In this document: positions 9,697 to 18,538 of the stretch, piece by piece
How positions within the stretch are numbered: the first letter of the stretch is position 1
Layout: each line of letters begins with the position of its first letter
Assembly: GCA_016185755.1 (NCBI GenBank)
Contig: JACPMX010000010.1
Location: 3,863 to 67,862, forward strand
Direction of reading: 5' to 3'
From: Candidatus Woesearchaeota archaeon
GTDB lineage: Archaea > Nanobdellota > Nanobdellia > Woesearchaeales > GW2011-AR4
DNA: 64,000 bases
Made by a program: the position numbers and the translations under genes
The notes under the pieces: model-generated
The model's database searches: none
Told to the model about the DNA's origin: nothing
Seen by the model: only the letters and a program-made list of their open reading frames with translations

Positions 9697-9697
9697 A

Positions 9698-10474
9698 TTA
9701 GTTCATTAAAATGTCGCATTCCTCTCTGATTTTATCCTGCTTGCCCAGGCCTATGTAATAGGCTGATGTGTAAGCCTCTGTCTGCTCAACCAGCCACGTA
9801 GGCTTCATCGCCAGAAAATAGATTAAATATCTGCTGTTTGTGTCAAATTTTTGGTCGTCTATTTTTCCAGTTTTTCCGTGTCCATATGGAGTATACTGGG
9901 TCCAGCCGATGCCGCCCCATAAAAGGTACAGATTTCTTTGTGACCTTATCAGATACTCGAAATAGCTGATGGCTTCGTTTGGAATTTTGCTTGATTTAAG
10001 GTAATCATCAAGGCCTTCAAACATTCTTCCTCTTAATTTTTCATCAAATTCTATCTCTGAGCAGATTAGGCACTGGTAATATTTAGAGTCGCTGAAAAAG
10101 ATTGACTGCTCGAGAACGTTTCTGTTGCCTTCTGCCATTTTGTACCAGCAAAGCCTGAGCTCCTCTGCAGCTATTTTGTTTACTTCCTCTTGTGTTAATT
10201 TTCCAAAGCTGTATTTTTTAGAAGTCTTTCCATTCAATTCCACTTTATTTTCAAAGATTTTAATATTTCTTCTTGGGCAGTCAAGCTTTACAACGCTTTT
10301 CCCGAAAAACTTGGTTTGTGCCTGCGCCAAAACGCTCAGCCTGCATGTATCTACATCTGCATTTTCTTTAAGTTGGCCGGCAGTTGAATATGCGAAACTG
10401 AACAAAATTAGGGCGCCGGCCATGACTATTATCAGAACGACCAAAACCTGCGGCTCTACTCCTCTTTTGTTCAT
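9698..10474 (-). CDS. membrane-anchored secreted protein, paralog B of a tandem pair
   Basis: 258 aa. N-terminal TM VLVVLIIVMAGALILF. Conserved Cys spacing matches paralog A. Confidence 0.5.
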   Translation of the reverse strand: MNKRGVEPQVLVVLIIVMAGALILFSFAYSTAGQLKENADVDTCRLSVLAQAQTKFFGKSVVKLDCPRRNIKIFENKVELNGKTSKKYSFGKLTQEEVNKIAAEELRLCWYKMAEGNRNVLEQSIFFSDSKYYQCLICSEIEFDEKLRGRMFEGLDDYLKSSKIPNEAISYFEYLIRSQRNLYLLWGGIGWTQYTPYGHGKTGKIDDQKFDTNSRYLIYFLAMKPTWLVEQTEAYTSAYYIGLGKQDKIREECDILMN

Positions 10475-10682
10475 CTTACTTAAAGATTATGTTCATGGCC
10501 CTTAAAATGATAAATCCCATTACGCCTACTGTAAATAATGCTGCAAGAATGTAAAATAATGTCCTGAGGTTTATTTCAAAGGCTTTTTTGCTGTTAAAAA
10601 TTTGGATGTTATTTATTCTAACCATGCCAAAATACTTCAGAACCGGATATATAAATATGTCGAAATTAAATTTAGAACTGAG

Positions 10683-10964
10683 CTAAGTGCAGCAGCACTT
10701 CTTCCTTACGCCGTCAACAATGACGGAGTAGCCCGGCAATGGAGGCCTTCCTGAGCCGCAATCTGTTGCTGTCTCATCAGTTGCTGATCCGTCTGCATAT
10801 CCTGCTGACTTACAAGCCTGCTTGCAGTCAGTCGCCTCTGAAAGGCCTTTGCTGAAAAGGCCGAGCCTGCCTGTGAAAATCATGAAAAGGACGACAAGAA
10901 CGGCAAGCGCAATGGCTGCTATTATTATCACATTGATGGAAATGCCCTGTGCTTTCTTGCGCAT
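10683..10964 (-). CDS. class III signal peptide (pilin-like) protein, Cys-rich
   Basis: 93 aa. MRKKAQG/ISINVIIIAAIALAVLVVLF. C-terminus KKCCCT. Nearly the same prepilin-like leader as the 8120-8374 product. Confidence 0.6.
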   Translation of the reverse strand: MRKKAQGISINVIIIAAIALAVLVVLFMIFTGRLGLFSKGLSEATDCKQACKSAGYADGSATDETATDCGSGRPPLPGYSVIVDGVRKKCCCT

Positions 10965-11031
10965 ATCTTTGCCTCTTTGACATCTAATCTGTTGAGCAAG
11001 TTATATTTAAATATATCGGAACATGGCATCC

Positions 11032-11502
11032 TCATCCGCAAATGTCGAGTTTTGTGTACATAGTGGCTGTGCTTATCGGTATAGGGAACAGCTTTGACCT
11101 TTTCTCAGCCCCGCACTTCTTTCCGAGCTTTATGAGCGGCTGGTTTGCATCAGTATATGCCAGAAACTCGTACTCCATGTTCCACTTGTCAAATGTGCTC
11201 TCAAATATTTCCTTGGATACAGCCTCTACAAACCTGCATGAATCCTGGCCGTTGTCGCACACTACGCTTCTCGCCTGGGCGCAGTCCTGCAGCAACTCTG
11301 TCATTGTAAGCTGCGAGCAGTCCTTGGCAGCTGTCTTCAGCAGGGTGCTCAGCATATTGGATGCCGTCTCTGAGCTTACGAAGCCTTTCCTGTATTCTGT
11401 AGGGGCCTTGACAACCAGAAACCTGACAACAAAGACTGCAGCCACAAGTATCAAAACAACCACTATGGCCAATCCAAGTATCTCCATCTGGGCTTTTCTC
11501 AT
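11032..11502 (-). CDS. class III signal peptide (pilin-like) protein
   Basis: The ORF track extends to 11631. I place the start at the internal Met, giving MRKAQMEILGLAIVVVLILVAAVFVV. That start abuts the stop of the upstream gene at 11499-11501, so the two are coupled. Confidence 0.5.
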   Translation of the reverse strand: MRKAQMEILGLAIVVVLILVAAVFVVRFLVVKAPTEYRKGFVSSETASNMLSTLLKTAAKDCSQLTMTELLQDCAQARSVVCDNGQDSCRFVEAVSKEIFESTFDKWNMEYEFLAYTDANQPLIKLGKKCGAEKRSKLFPIPISTATMYTKLDICG

Positions 11503-12011
11503 TTTGTCATGGTCTCTATAGTCATTATGCCGAACCCGTGCCTTCTTGCAGCCGGGTCGTATATTGAAATCGGGACATTTGTAACAAACTTGCTCTTGAA
11601 GTCGCTTGTTTTCCTGGAATATAGGTTCCATCTGGCTTCATTCGGGTATATCTGCACTATGCTTACGTTGCTGTACTCAAGCAGGTCATAGTAATAAATC
11701 TCATTTTGCTTCATGAGGCTTTGCGCAGGATCAAGCTTCATGATATCAACGCAGTTGTCAATTATTATATTGTCCCCGCTGCACTGGACTTCAGGCAAAA
11801 ACATCACTCTTTGCGCTATGCCGACAGACTTGAGCTGGGACAGCTCTTCCTTTTCAAGCTCTATATTGCTCTTGATGACTTTTACATAAAAAATGAATCC
11901 TATGATTATCAGTATGAAAAATACGAACAGGACCGCTATAGTCTCCCCTATCTGGATTTGTGATTTAGTAGATAAGGGTGCACGAGTATATCTGCGCATT
12001 CTTGTTTTCAC
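11499..12011 (-). CDS. N-terminally anchored pilin-like protein
   Basis: 170 aa. KSQIQIGETIAVLFVFFILIIIGFIF hydrophobic helix follows a basic N-terminus. Confidence 0.45.
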   Translation of the reverse strand: MKTRMRRYTRAPLSTKSQIQIGETIAVLFVFFILIIIGFIFYVKVIKSNIELEKEELSQLKSVGIAQRVMFLPEVQCSGDNIIIDNCVDIMKLDPAQSLMKQNEIYYYDLLEYSNVSIVQIYPNEARWNLYSRKTSDFKSKFVTNVPISIYDPAARRHGFGIMTIETMTK

Positions 12012-12960
12012 CTGCCAGAATCTTTGCCGATTCTGATATTATATCTGCATTCTCCTTGTTAAAGTCAGGAGCTGCGAGGATTCTGTTTAATTGGGTTAGT
12101 GCACTGTTATAGAATTGGTTGCACTGAACTTGCCTGCTTGAAGTGCCGCTTTGGACAAGTTTCTTTGTCCTTTCAGCGTATATTTTAGTCACAAGGTTGA
12201 GCTTCAAAAATGCATTTTGCATGCTGCATTCATAAGCCTCCAGGGTGTCAGAGTATACTGCAGCAACCAGGGAATTTCTGCCGATATAAATAGAGCTGCC
12301 TCTAGAAAGCCATGAGTTCCCGTTTTTTTGGTAGAATTCTACAGCCCCTTTTTCTGCATCGCCAATAACCCTAAGGGAAGTAACATCCTCATCGCGCATT
12401 TTTCCCAGCGAGCTTGGAAGAGGAATCATTTCCTCAAAAGCCACGATCCTTACCTTGTAGTTGTTGGCATTTACTATTGGGGCAGCTGTTTGATAAAATT
12501 CCTTATTAAGCTCTGCAGGAAGGGTCTTGTTTATCTCCCTTGCAAGGTTGGTATTGCCTATGATTATGTACCTTGCCCCTGTGCTTGTGGCATAAAGAAG
12601 GTTTGTTGCCCTGTACGGCGCGTTGAAAGACAATGTCTGTGTTGTTATCCTGCTTCCCCTGATGGAGCCAGGCGCAAACAAAATAAGGCTCTGGTATTGT
12701 TTTGACACTCCGCCTATTGATATCCTGCCGCAGCCTACATCAATATCCGATTCCGGTATGTTTACTGTGTTTATAGTGTCAGAGCTTATGCCTGCCCCGG
12801 TTATTATGGCTTCTATGCTCTTGAGCACAGCTGCCTTTGTGGATGTTTCTGACACGCTTTTCTGCTTTGCAACTACAACAGTGAAAAAAAGAAGTATGGC
12901 GGCGCCTGCAACCAGCACGAAAAGCCAGTTGAACTGCACTTCAAATCCTTTCTTGTTCAT
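11965..12960 (-). CDS. class III signal peptide (pilin-like) protein, large
   Basis: 331 aa. MNKKG/FEVQFNWLFVLVAGAAILLFF: the G-F junction with an acidic residue at +2 resembles bacterial and archaeal prepilins. Confidence 0.55.
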   Translation of the reverse strand: MNKKGFEVQFNWLFVLVAGAAILLFFTVVVAKQKSVSETSTKAAVLKSIEAIITGAGISSDTINTVNIPESDIDVGCGRISIGGVSKQYQSLILFAPGSIRGSRITTQTLSFNAPYRATNLLYATSTGARYIIIGNTNLAREINKTLPAELNKEFYQTAAPIVNANNYKVRIVAFEEMIPLPSSLGKMRDEDVTSLRVIGDAEKGAVEFYQKNGNSWLSRGSSIYIGRNSLVAAVYSDTLEAYECSMQNAFLKLNLVTKIYAERTKKLVQSGTSSRQVQCNQFYNSALTQLNRILAAPDFNKENADIISESAKILAGENKNAQIYSCTLIY

Positions 12961-12969
12961 TTTGAAAAG

Positions 12970-13458
12970 CTAATTCCATTGCCCCAGCGAAGCATGATTC
13001 CCCTTTCCCTCCAGTTTCAGGCTTATTTTGCCGTTTAAAGCCTTTATGCACAGCACGTCCGGCTCGACAGATATCTTTCCGGCAAAAAATGATTCTTTGG
13101 CTATGTTCTCAACAAGAAAAACATTCTTTCCAGTGCTGGAGAGTATGCTGTCTTTGATTATAGGATCAATGCTGCCCGGAATGTTGGGGCTTTCAAAACT
13201 CTCGACAAAGCATGCCTGCGTATAGCCGGAGCATAATTGAAGGTCTTTTCTCTTTACGCTTCCGAAATCGCTGGATATGCTTTCCACTGCATTCTGCAGG
13301 TCGTTCTTGAACTTGAGGCAGGACACCTGTTCAGCCCTGTTCTTGAAGTTCTGGACTGCGTTATAGCCGTAGACCAGTATGAAAGATATGAGTATTATCG
13401 TCAGTATGTATATGAACACCTGGCTGTAGATTTGCGCCTTGGATTTTTTCGCTGCCAT
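12970..13458 (-). CDS. class III signal peptide (pilin-like) protein
   Basis: I place the start at the internal Met, giving MAAKKSKAQ/IYSQVFIYILTIILISFIL. That start lies 1 nt after the stop of the 1692-aa gene. The longer ORF would overlap that gene by 125 nt. Confidence 0.5.
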   Translation of the reverse strand: MAAKKSKAQIYSQVFIYILTIILISFILVYGYNAVQNFKNRAEQVSCLKFKNDLQNAVESISSDFGSVKRKDLQLCSGYTQACFVESFESPNIPGSIDPIIKDSILSSTGKNVFLVENIAKESFFAGKISVEPDVLCIKALNGKISLKLEGKGNHASLGQWN

Positions 13459-13459
13459 A

Positions 13460-16400
13460 TCATTTTTTTCTCTTGGATTTTGATTTGGCAAGCTCGTAAA
13501 GTTTTCCAATATTGTCCTTAGGTTTTGCGCTTGGCTGCCTTTGCTTGTCTTTTTTTGCAATCTGGGCAAGTTTTGAGATAGCATCCTCTTTTGGCTTCTT
13601 TTGCTCGGGTTTTTTTGTTTCCTTGCTCTCTTTTGGCTGCTCCTTTATGGTTTTTTCCGCAGCTCTAGGTGCGCCGAACGGCTCGAAAAGCTTTGCTCTT
13701 TCCTGCTCTTTCTGCTGCTCTTTCTTTTTTAATGCTTCCCTTATATTTGCATCTTCCTGCTTTTGGATTGTTTGCTTCGCCTGCTGCTGCGGCTGGAAAA
13801 TAGGTTTTGGGTGCTCCTCCCCCTTTGGCATTTCAAATTTTTCTGCTTTTCTTTTGGTTATTGCTTTATGGGCCAGGTATCCAAATCCTGACAGCAGGAG
13901 AATTATCCCTATGGCAAATGCCAATACCTTGGCGAAGCTTGATTTTGGGAAATCGTCAGGGTTTACAGGGCTTGTTCCTGCGTCAATTTCTTCCTTGTCT
14001 GTAAAGCTGTCTTTGTCTGTGTCTGCAGCGTTTGGGTTGGTGCTTTCGCCATAAGTCCTTTGTACATTAAACTCTTCAAGATTTGTAAGCCCGTCAGAAT
14101 CCGAATCCAGCCCTGAATCATTCGGATTATTTGGGTCGAAATTATTTTTAATTTCCCATTCGTCAGGAATTCCGTCGCCGTCAGTGTCTTTTATTCCTGC
14201 GCTTTCCTGCTCGTCAGGAATTCCGTTGCAGTTTGCATCGTTGCTCTGGCACCTTTTGCACGCAGACAGTATGCACTGCAGGCCCTCTCCGCAGTCCTCG
14301 TTAATGCCGCAGCTCTTGTCTTCAGGGCACTTGGATGGGCAGTGCCCTCCGCAGTCAACATCTGATTCGCCCGGGCTTAGCTTGCTGTCGGAGCAGCTTT
14401 CCTGCGGCTTGCAGAATCCAAAGCTGCAGAATCCGCTGTCGCAGTCGTTGCTGCTTGAGCATGCCTTGTTGATTTCGCATTTTCTGCATTGCCCTCCGCA
14501 GTCAACATCGCTTTCTTCCTGATTTTTTGCATTGTCGTCGCATTTTGGGGCTGAGCATATTCCGCTGTTGCAGAAATTCGATACGCAGTCGCTGTTTATC
14601 GAGCATTTTTTGCCTGTGATGCACAAGTCGCATCCGGAGCCGCAGTCCACATCCGGCTCTTTTTCATCTTTTATGCCGTTTGTGCAGTTGAGGGGCTTTA
14701 GGCTTGTGTCCACGGTTATTCCGTCGCTCTCGCTTATATTGCTCGATAGCCCGGCAATGTTCTGCGCCTTGACCCTGAAGAGATACCTGTTGCCGTTCAG
14801 TAGCCCCAGGCTCGTCCCGTTTGGCCTTGTTGCTATTACATATTCATTATTAAGCAGGCTTTTGGTATTATTTAGTACAACTCTTGATGTTCCAGATTCA
14901 ACAATAGAGTAAACATGGGAGATGACTCTGGATTCATTGTCTATGCTGTTCCATTTGACCCTGAGTACATCAGTGCTGAAAGTGAATTCTGGCTTGTCCT
15001 GGAGTGAGCTGCTGTCATTGATGGATAATATTGCCGGCGGGGTCAGGTCTATTGTAAATTCAACCTGCTTCACATCAGAGAATTTCTGCAGGAACTGGTC
15101 CTTGCATACAACATAAAAAGTGTGCTTTCCGGCAGTTGAGCTCAGCTGCCTTGTATGGCTGTATCCGGGCGCTCCAAATATGTCGCCGTTCTGCGCTGTA
15201 TTGTCTGTCTCGGAGAATTTGCATTGTGATTTCTTGTTTGTCTCTATGGCAAGTATAGCACTTGTTGAATTGAAAAATTCCGGCGTATGGGAGATTATTG
15301 AAATTGGAATTGTCAGATCAATCTTGATTTGCACCTCTTTTGCATCTGAAACAAGCTCTGCCCTGTTTTCGCATGCTATGAAGTATGTATGGCTGCTTCC
15401 ATTCCCGGCAGTTATTGGCTGCCTGCTGATAAGCTTGAAATTTCCCTCATCAAATCCCTCAAATTTGCCCTCCATATTGGCAAATTCCTTTGTGGTGGTG
15501 CTGAACTTGCACCTGACAGGCTCGTCCGATTCGACAGCAAACGCAGTTTCAAAAGGCTCCTCAATGATGGGATTTGGGAATGCAAATGCGCTTTTCAGCT
15601 GCGGAATTGTCGGGTCAACGTTAATATCAAACGACTTGAATGTTATGCCCTTTTGGTCTTTGCATCTTATGTTAAGCTTGTGTGCATTTGCATCTCCGCT
15701 CGCTATCTTGCTGAAGCCCAGTATTGTATGGATTGTTCCTGAAGTGTTTGTGAAAGGCTCCATGAACTCGAACTCGAAATTATTGTCAAGCGAGAATCTG
15801 CAGGATGCGTCATTGTCTGTTTCAGCGACAACATCAAAGACTGATTTGGGCGCGACTCCAAACCTCGGCTTTAAAAGGCTGATTACGCCGGGGTTTGCGT
15901 CAACCACAAATGAAACAGAGCCAGTGGCCCTGTTCCTGGCAAAGTCGCTTGCTGTGACCTCAAGATTTTTGTTCCCGTCAGAAATGTTCAAAGTTGCTGT
16001 GAATGCCTTGTTGTCTATAGTGGAAAAAGACTGCTTTATCTCCTCAGAGTTTATCTTGGCTGATTCCAGGCTGACTTCCTTGTCGAATGCAAGCTTTATA
16101 TTTACCGCCGAGGTGTTGACTATGCTGCCGTCAGGGGGGGTTATTTCAAGCAGCGGCTTGCTGTTGTCTATGACTATTATCTGGGATACTGCAGGGTCCA
16201 TGAATATGTTGTTTTTGTTTTTTGCATCCAGCTCTAGCGTGTACTCCCCATTCGGCAGTGTTTCTGCGACCGAAAATGACGCCTTTATATTCAGCTCAGC
16301 GCCGGCCTGCAGGGTGACGATCAATCCTGTTTTTTTGTTCACAAGCCTTGAGTGGGTTATTGCTGCAGGCTCGAAAAACTGCACGTCTATGGCCGGCTTT

Positions 16401-18538
16401 TGATTGCTTGTGAATATTTTGTCAAGGGCTTTTAGGCCGTCTGTCACATTGATGCTCAATATTCTCGGCCCGCCTGTTGTGCTGTGGGCTTCTATCAGCA
16501 GTTTTTTTGCCTCTCCGATGTTTTTTGCAGGGTCTTGGGAATAATACCTCAGTACATTTGTGCCTTCGTTCAATGTGGCAAGCTTGTCCCCGTTGCTGCC
16601 GTCAAAAACATTGAGATTGCTTACTATGGCAATCCTGCCTGTAGTTGAAGTGTTGTAAGGGTGCCCGCCTGCACCGCAAGGCTCGATGCAGAAAAAAGTA
16701 GCGTAGTCCTGCGATGTCTTTAGTATTACGGAGCTGTTGATGCTCGTCCTGTCGTAAATCTGTATGATAAGGCTGTCTATTATCCCTTTCTTGATTATCG
16801 GGAGCAATGTGGTGTTTGGGGCAAAGAAATCAGCCTCGCATGAGCTTGTTGTGCAGTCAGCTTTTGCGTCTCCGTCCGCGTTCTTGGAGCAAGCGCTGTT
16901 TATATTCTGGCATACTTTTATGCCGCACTCATCAAGTGACGGGTTTGTTATCCTGTTGTTTTCGTCATGAGTTATTTGTGCATTGCTGCACTGCTCTGCA
17001 TCATAGTCTTTGCACACTACCTCCTCGCAGTTTTTTGATTTTCCGTTGCGGAAATAGCACATGAAGCTGCCTTCAGATAACGCGTTTGATTTTTCCCTTG
17101 TGCAGAAGTCAAAAACCTCGTTAAATGACCTTAAGTTTTCCAAAGATTGCGTTCCCTTTTCCTCGCACCACTGGCAGTTGTATTCTGTTGTGCTTACGCA
17201 TGCCCCTATCCCGATCTGCTCGGCCAGTTTCTTCCACTTGCAGCCGCCGACCCTGCAGTTGTCCCTGCCGCATGCGTCTTCTGTCTTGTAGTCATAGCAG
17301 CCCATTGAGGGATCGCAGCCGAAGCATGAGTTTACAGCAGAGTGCGACCTGTCATAAAAACAGTACCTGTTTGATTCGCAGTCGTCAAGATTGTAAAACA
17401 GCCCAAACGGGTTCGCTGCATTGTAATTGCAGCTGACCTTGCTCAGGCATGAAGGCTTGTTGTTGCTCACAATGCATATCTGTGTTGGCAGGCATGCCGT
17501 GCCCTCTGCTATGAGCCTGTTTGAAGCGTCGCAGGAGAATGCCTTGTTGAACTTATCGCTGAATTTGTTTTTCACGCCCTGCTGGAAATTTTTTAGGAAT
17601 AGCTCGGGGAAGTTTGTGTTCAGGTAATTACTGTATCTTGTATAGTATGATTCATGTATGCAGAAATTGTTGCTTGCAGGATGGTCCATGCATTCTACAT
17701 TGCCCAATGTGGATGTTTTTGTTATTGTGGGGGTTGCGGTCTGCAGGTTGTACCTTGCCTTGATTTGGTAGGTGTATGTTGTGTCAAACATCAGGTCTCC
17801 TGAAGAGTCCTCAAAAGAATTTGTGTTTGTTATTCCTGCCATAGCGAAGTTTGTGCAGCCGCTGTCCTTGCACCTCATCACATCATATGAGACTGCATTG
17901 CTGCTGCACTCGTCTTTCCATTTAAGCTGGAATTTTTTTTGCCCTTTGGCCGGGATTATTTCAAGATTGCTCAGCTTTGGCAGGTAGCTTGGATTGCTGC
18001 ATCCTACTCCTTCAATAGAGCAGCTCCCCCCTGATTCAGCGCTGTCTGCAGGGCTTGTACACCCAAAATCACCTCCTTCAAAATCAGCGCAGCCATTATT
18101 GTCGTTGTCTATTCCGTCGTTGCACTGCGGCACCGGGCAAACCTGGTTGCAGTTTGTCTGGCCTTTGTTGAACGTCAATCCAGTTCCTTTGCACTGGGCT
18201 TCCGGGGCAATCGAGCCGCCGAGCTCTGAGCAGCAGCAGCCAAGAGAGCACGCGTCAACAGCCAGGCATGCCTTGTTTGGGAAAAAGAATGTTGTTGAGC
18301 AGTCATTGTAGTTTGCAGGTCCATCGGGATTTTGCTGCGACTTGTAATATCCCGGGAAGCTTGTTTCAGGCTTTGGGCAGCATTCTTTGTCCCTTAAAGC
18401 AAGCCTGTCAGCGGAGCATGCAAGCTGGCCGGCACCGGGATTGCTGCAGCATCCAACTTCATCGGCATAAACAGCCTGCAGGCTAATTAAAAATAAAAAA
18501 GCTGAAAATACAATCGCCTCTTTTTTTAATCTTGTCAT
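13460..18538 (-). CDS. giant Cys-rich type I membrane surface protein (adhesin-like) with thrombospondin type 3 Ca-binding repeats
   Basis: 1692 aa. Sec signal peptide MTRLKKEAIVFSAFLFLISLQAVYA. Three repeats of about 95 aa ending in IDLT(I/P)P. Three Cys-rich modules each opening DVDCG(G/S)xC. TSP3-like DTDGDGIPDEWE, DSDSDGLTNLEE and DTDKDSFTDKEE. C-terminal TM VLAFAIGIILLLSGFGYL, then a Lys/Glu/Gln-rich tail of about 130 aa. Confidence 0.8.
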   Translation of the reverse strand: MTRLKKEAIVFSAFLFLISLQAVYADEVGCCSNPGAGQLACSADRLALRDKECCPKPETSFPGYYKSQQNPDGPANYNDCSTTFFFPNKACLAVDACSLGCCCSELGGSIAPEAQCKGTGLTFNKGQTNCNQVCPVPQCNDGIDNDNNGCADFEGGDFGCTSPADSAESGGSCSIEGVGCSNPSYLPKLSNLEIIPAKGQKKFQLKWKDECSSNAVSYDVMRCKDSGCTNFAMAGITNTNSFEDSSGDLMFDTTYTYQIKARYNLQTATPTITKTSTLGNVECMDHPASNNFCIHESYYTRYSNYLNTNFPELFLKNFQQGVKNKFSDKFNKAFSCDASNRLIAEGTACLPTQICIVSNNKPSCLSKVSCNYNAANPFGLFYNLDDCESNRYCFYDRSHSAVNSCFGCDPSMGCYDYKTEDACGRDNCRVGGCKWKKLAEQIGIGACVSTTEYNCQWCEEKGTQSLENLRSFNEVFDFCTREKSNALSEGSFMCYFRNGKSKNCEEVVCKDYDAEQCSNAQITHDENNRITNPSLDECGIKVCQNINSACSKNADGDAKADCTTSSCEADFFAPNTTLLPIIKKGIIDSLIIQIYDRTSINSSVILKTSQDYATFFCIEPCGAGGHPYNTSTTGRIAIVSNLNVFDGSNGDKLATLNEGTNVLRYYSQDPAKNIGEAKKLLIEAHSTTGGPRILSINVTDGLKALDKIFTSNQKPAIDVQFFEPAAITHSRLVNKKTGLIVTLQAGAELNIKASFSVAETLPNGEYTLELDAKNKNNIFMDPAVSQIIVIDNSKPLLEITPPDGSIVNTSAVNIKLAFDKEVSLESAKINSEEIKQSFSTIDNKAFTATLNISDGNKNLEVTASDFARNRATGSVSFVVDANPGVISLLKPRFGVAPKSVFDVVAETDNDASCRFSLDNNFEFEFMEPFTNTSGTIHTILGFSKIASGDANAHKLNIRCKDQKGITFKSFDINVDPTIPQLKSAFAFPNPIIEEPFETAFAVESDEPVRCKFSTTTKEFANMEGKFEGFDEGNFKLISRQPITAGNGSSHTYFIACENRAELVSDAKEVQIKIDLTIPISIISHTPEFFNSTSAILAIETNKKSQCKFSETDNTAQNGDIFGAPGYSHTRQLSSTAGKHTFYVVCKDQFLQKFSDVKQVEFTIDLTPPAILSINDSSSLQDKPEFTFSTDVLRVKWNSIDNESRVISHVYSIVESGTSRVVLNNTKSLLNNEYVIATRPNGTSLGLLNGNRYLFRVKAQNIAGLSSNISESDGITVDTSLKPLNCTNGIKDEKEPDVDCGSGCDLCITGKKCSINSDCVSNFCNSGICSAPKCDDNAKNQEESDVDCGGQCRKCEINKACSSSNDCDSGFCSFGFCKPQESCSDSKLSPGESDVDCGGHCPSKCPEDKSCGINEDCGEGLQCILSACKRCQSNDANCNGIPDEQESAGIKDTDGDGIPDEWEIKNNFDPNNPNDSGLDSDSDGLTNLEEFNVQRTYGESTNPNAADTDKDSFTDKEEIDAGTSPVNPDDFPKSSFAKVLAFAIGIILLLSGFGYLAHKAITKRKAEKFEMPKGEEHPKPIFQPQQQAKQTIQKQEDANIREALKKKEQQKEQERAKLFEPFGAPRAAEKTIKEQPKESKETKKPEQKKPKEDAISKLAQIAKKDKQRQPSAKPKDNIGKLYELAKSKSKRKK

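Noticed and set aside
13512-18486. Many plus-strand ORFs of 60-430 aa, for example 15120-16403 and 13512-14054, lying antisense to the 1692-aa gene and other cluster genes.
   Set aside because: They are antisense shadows of long, motif-bearing minus-strand frames. Their products are low-complexity Ser/Leu/Phe-rich with no start context or motifs.
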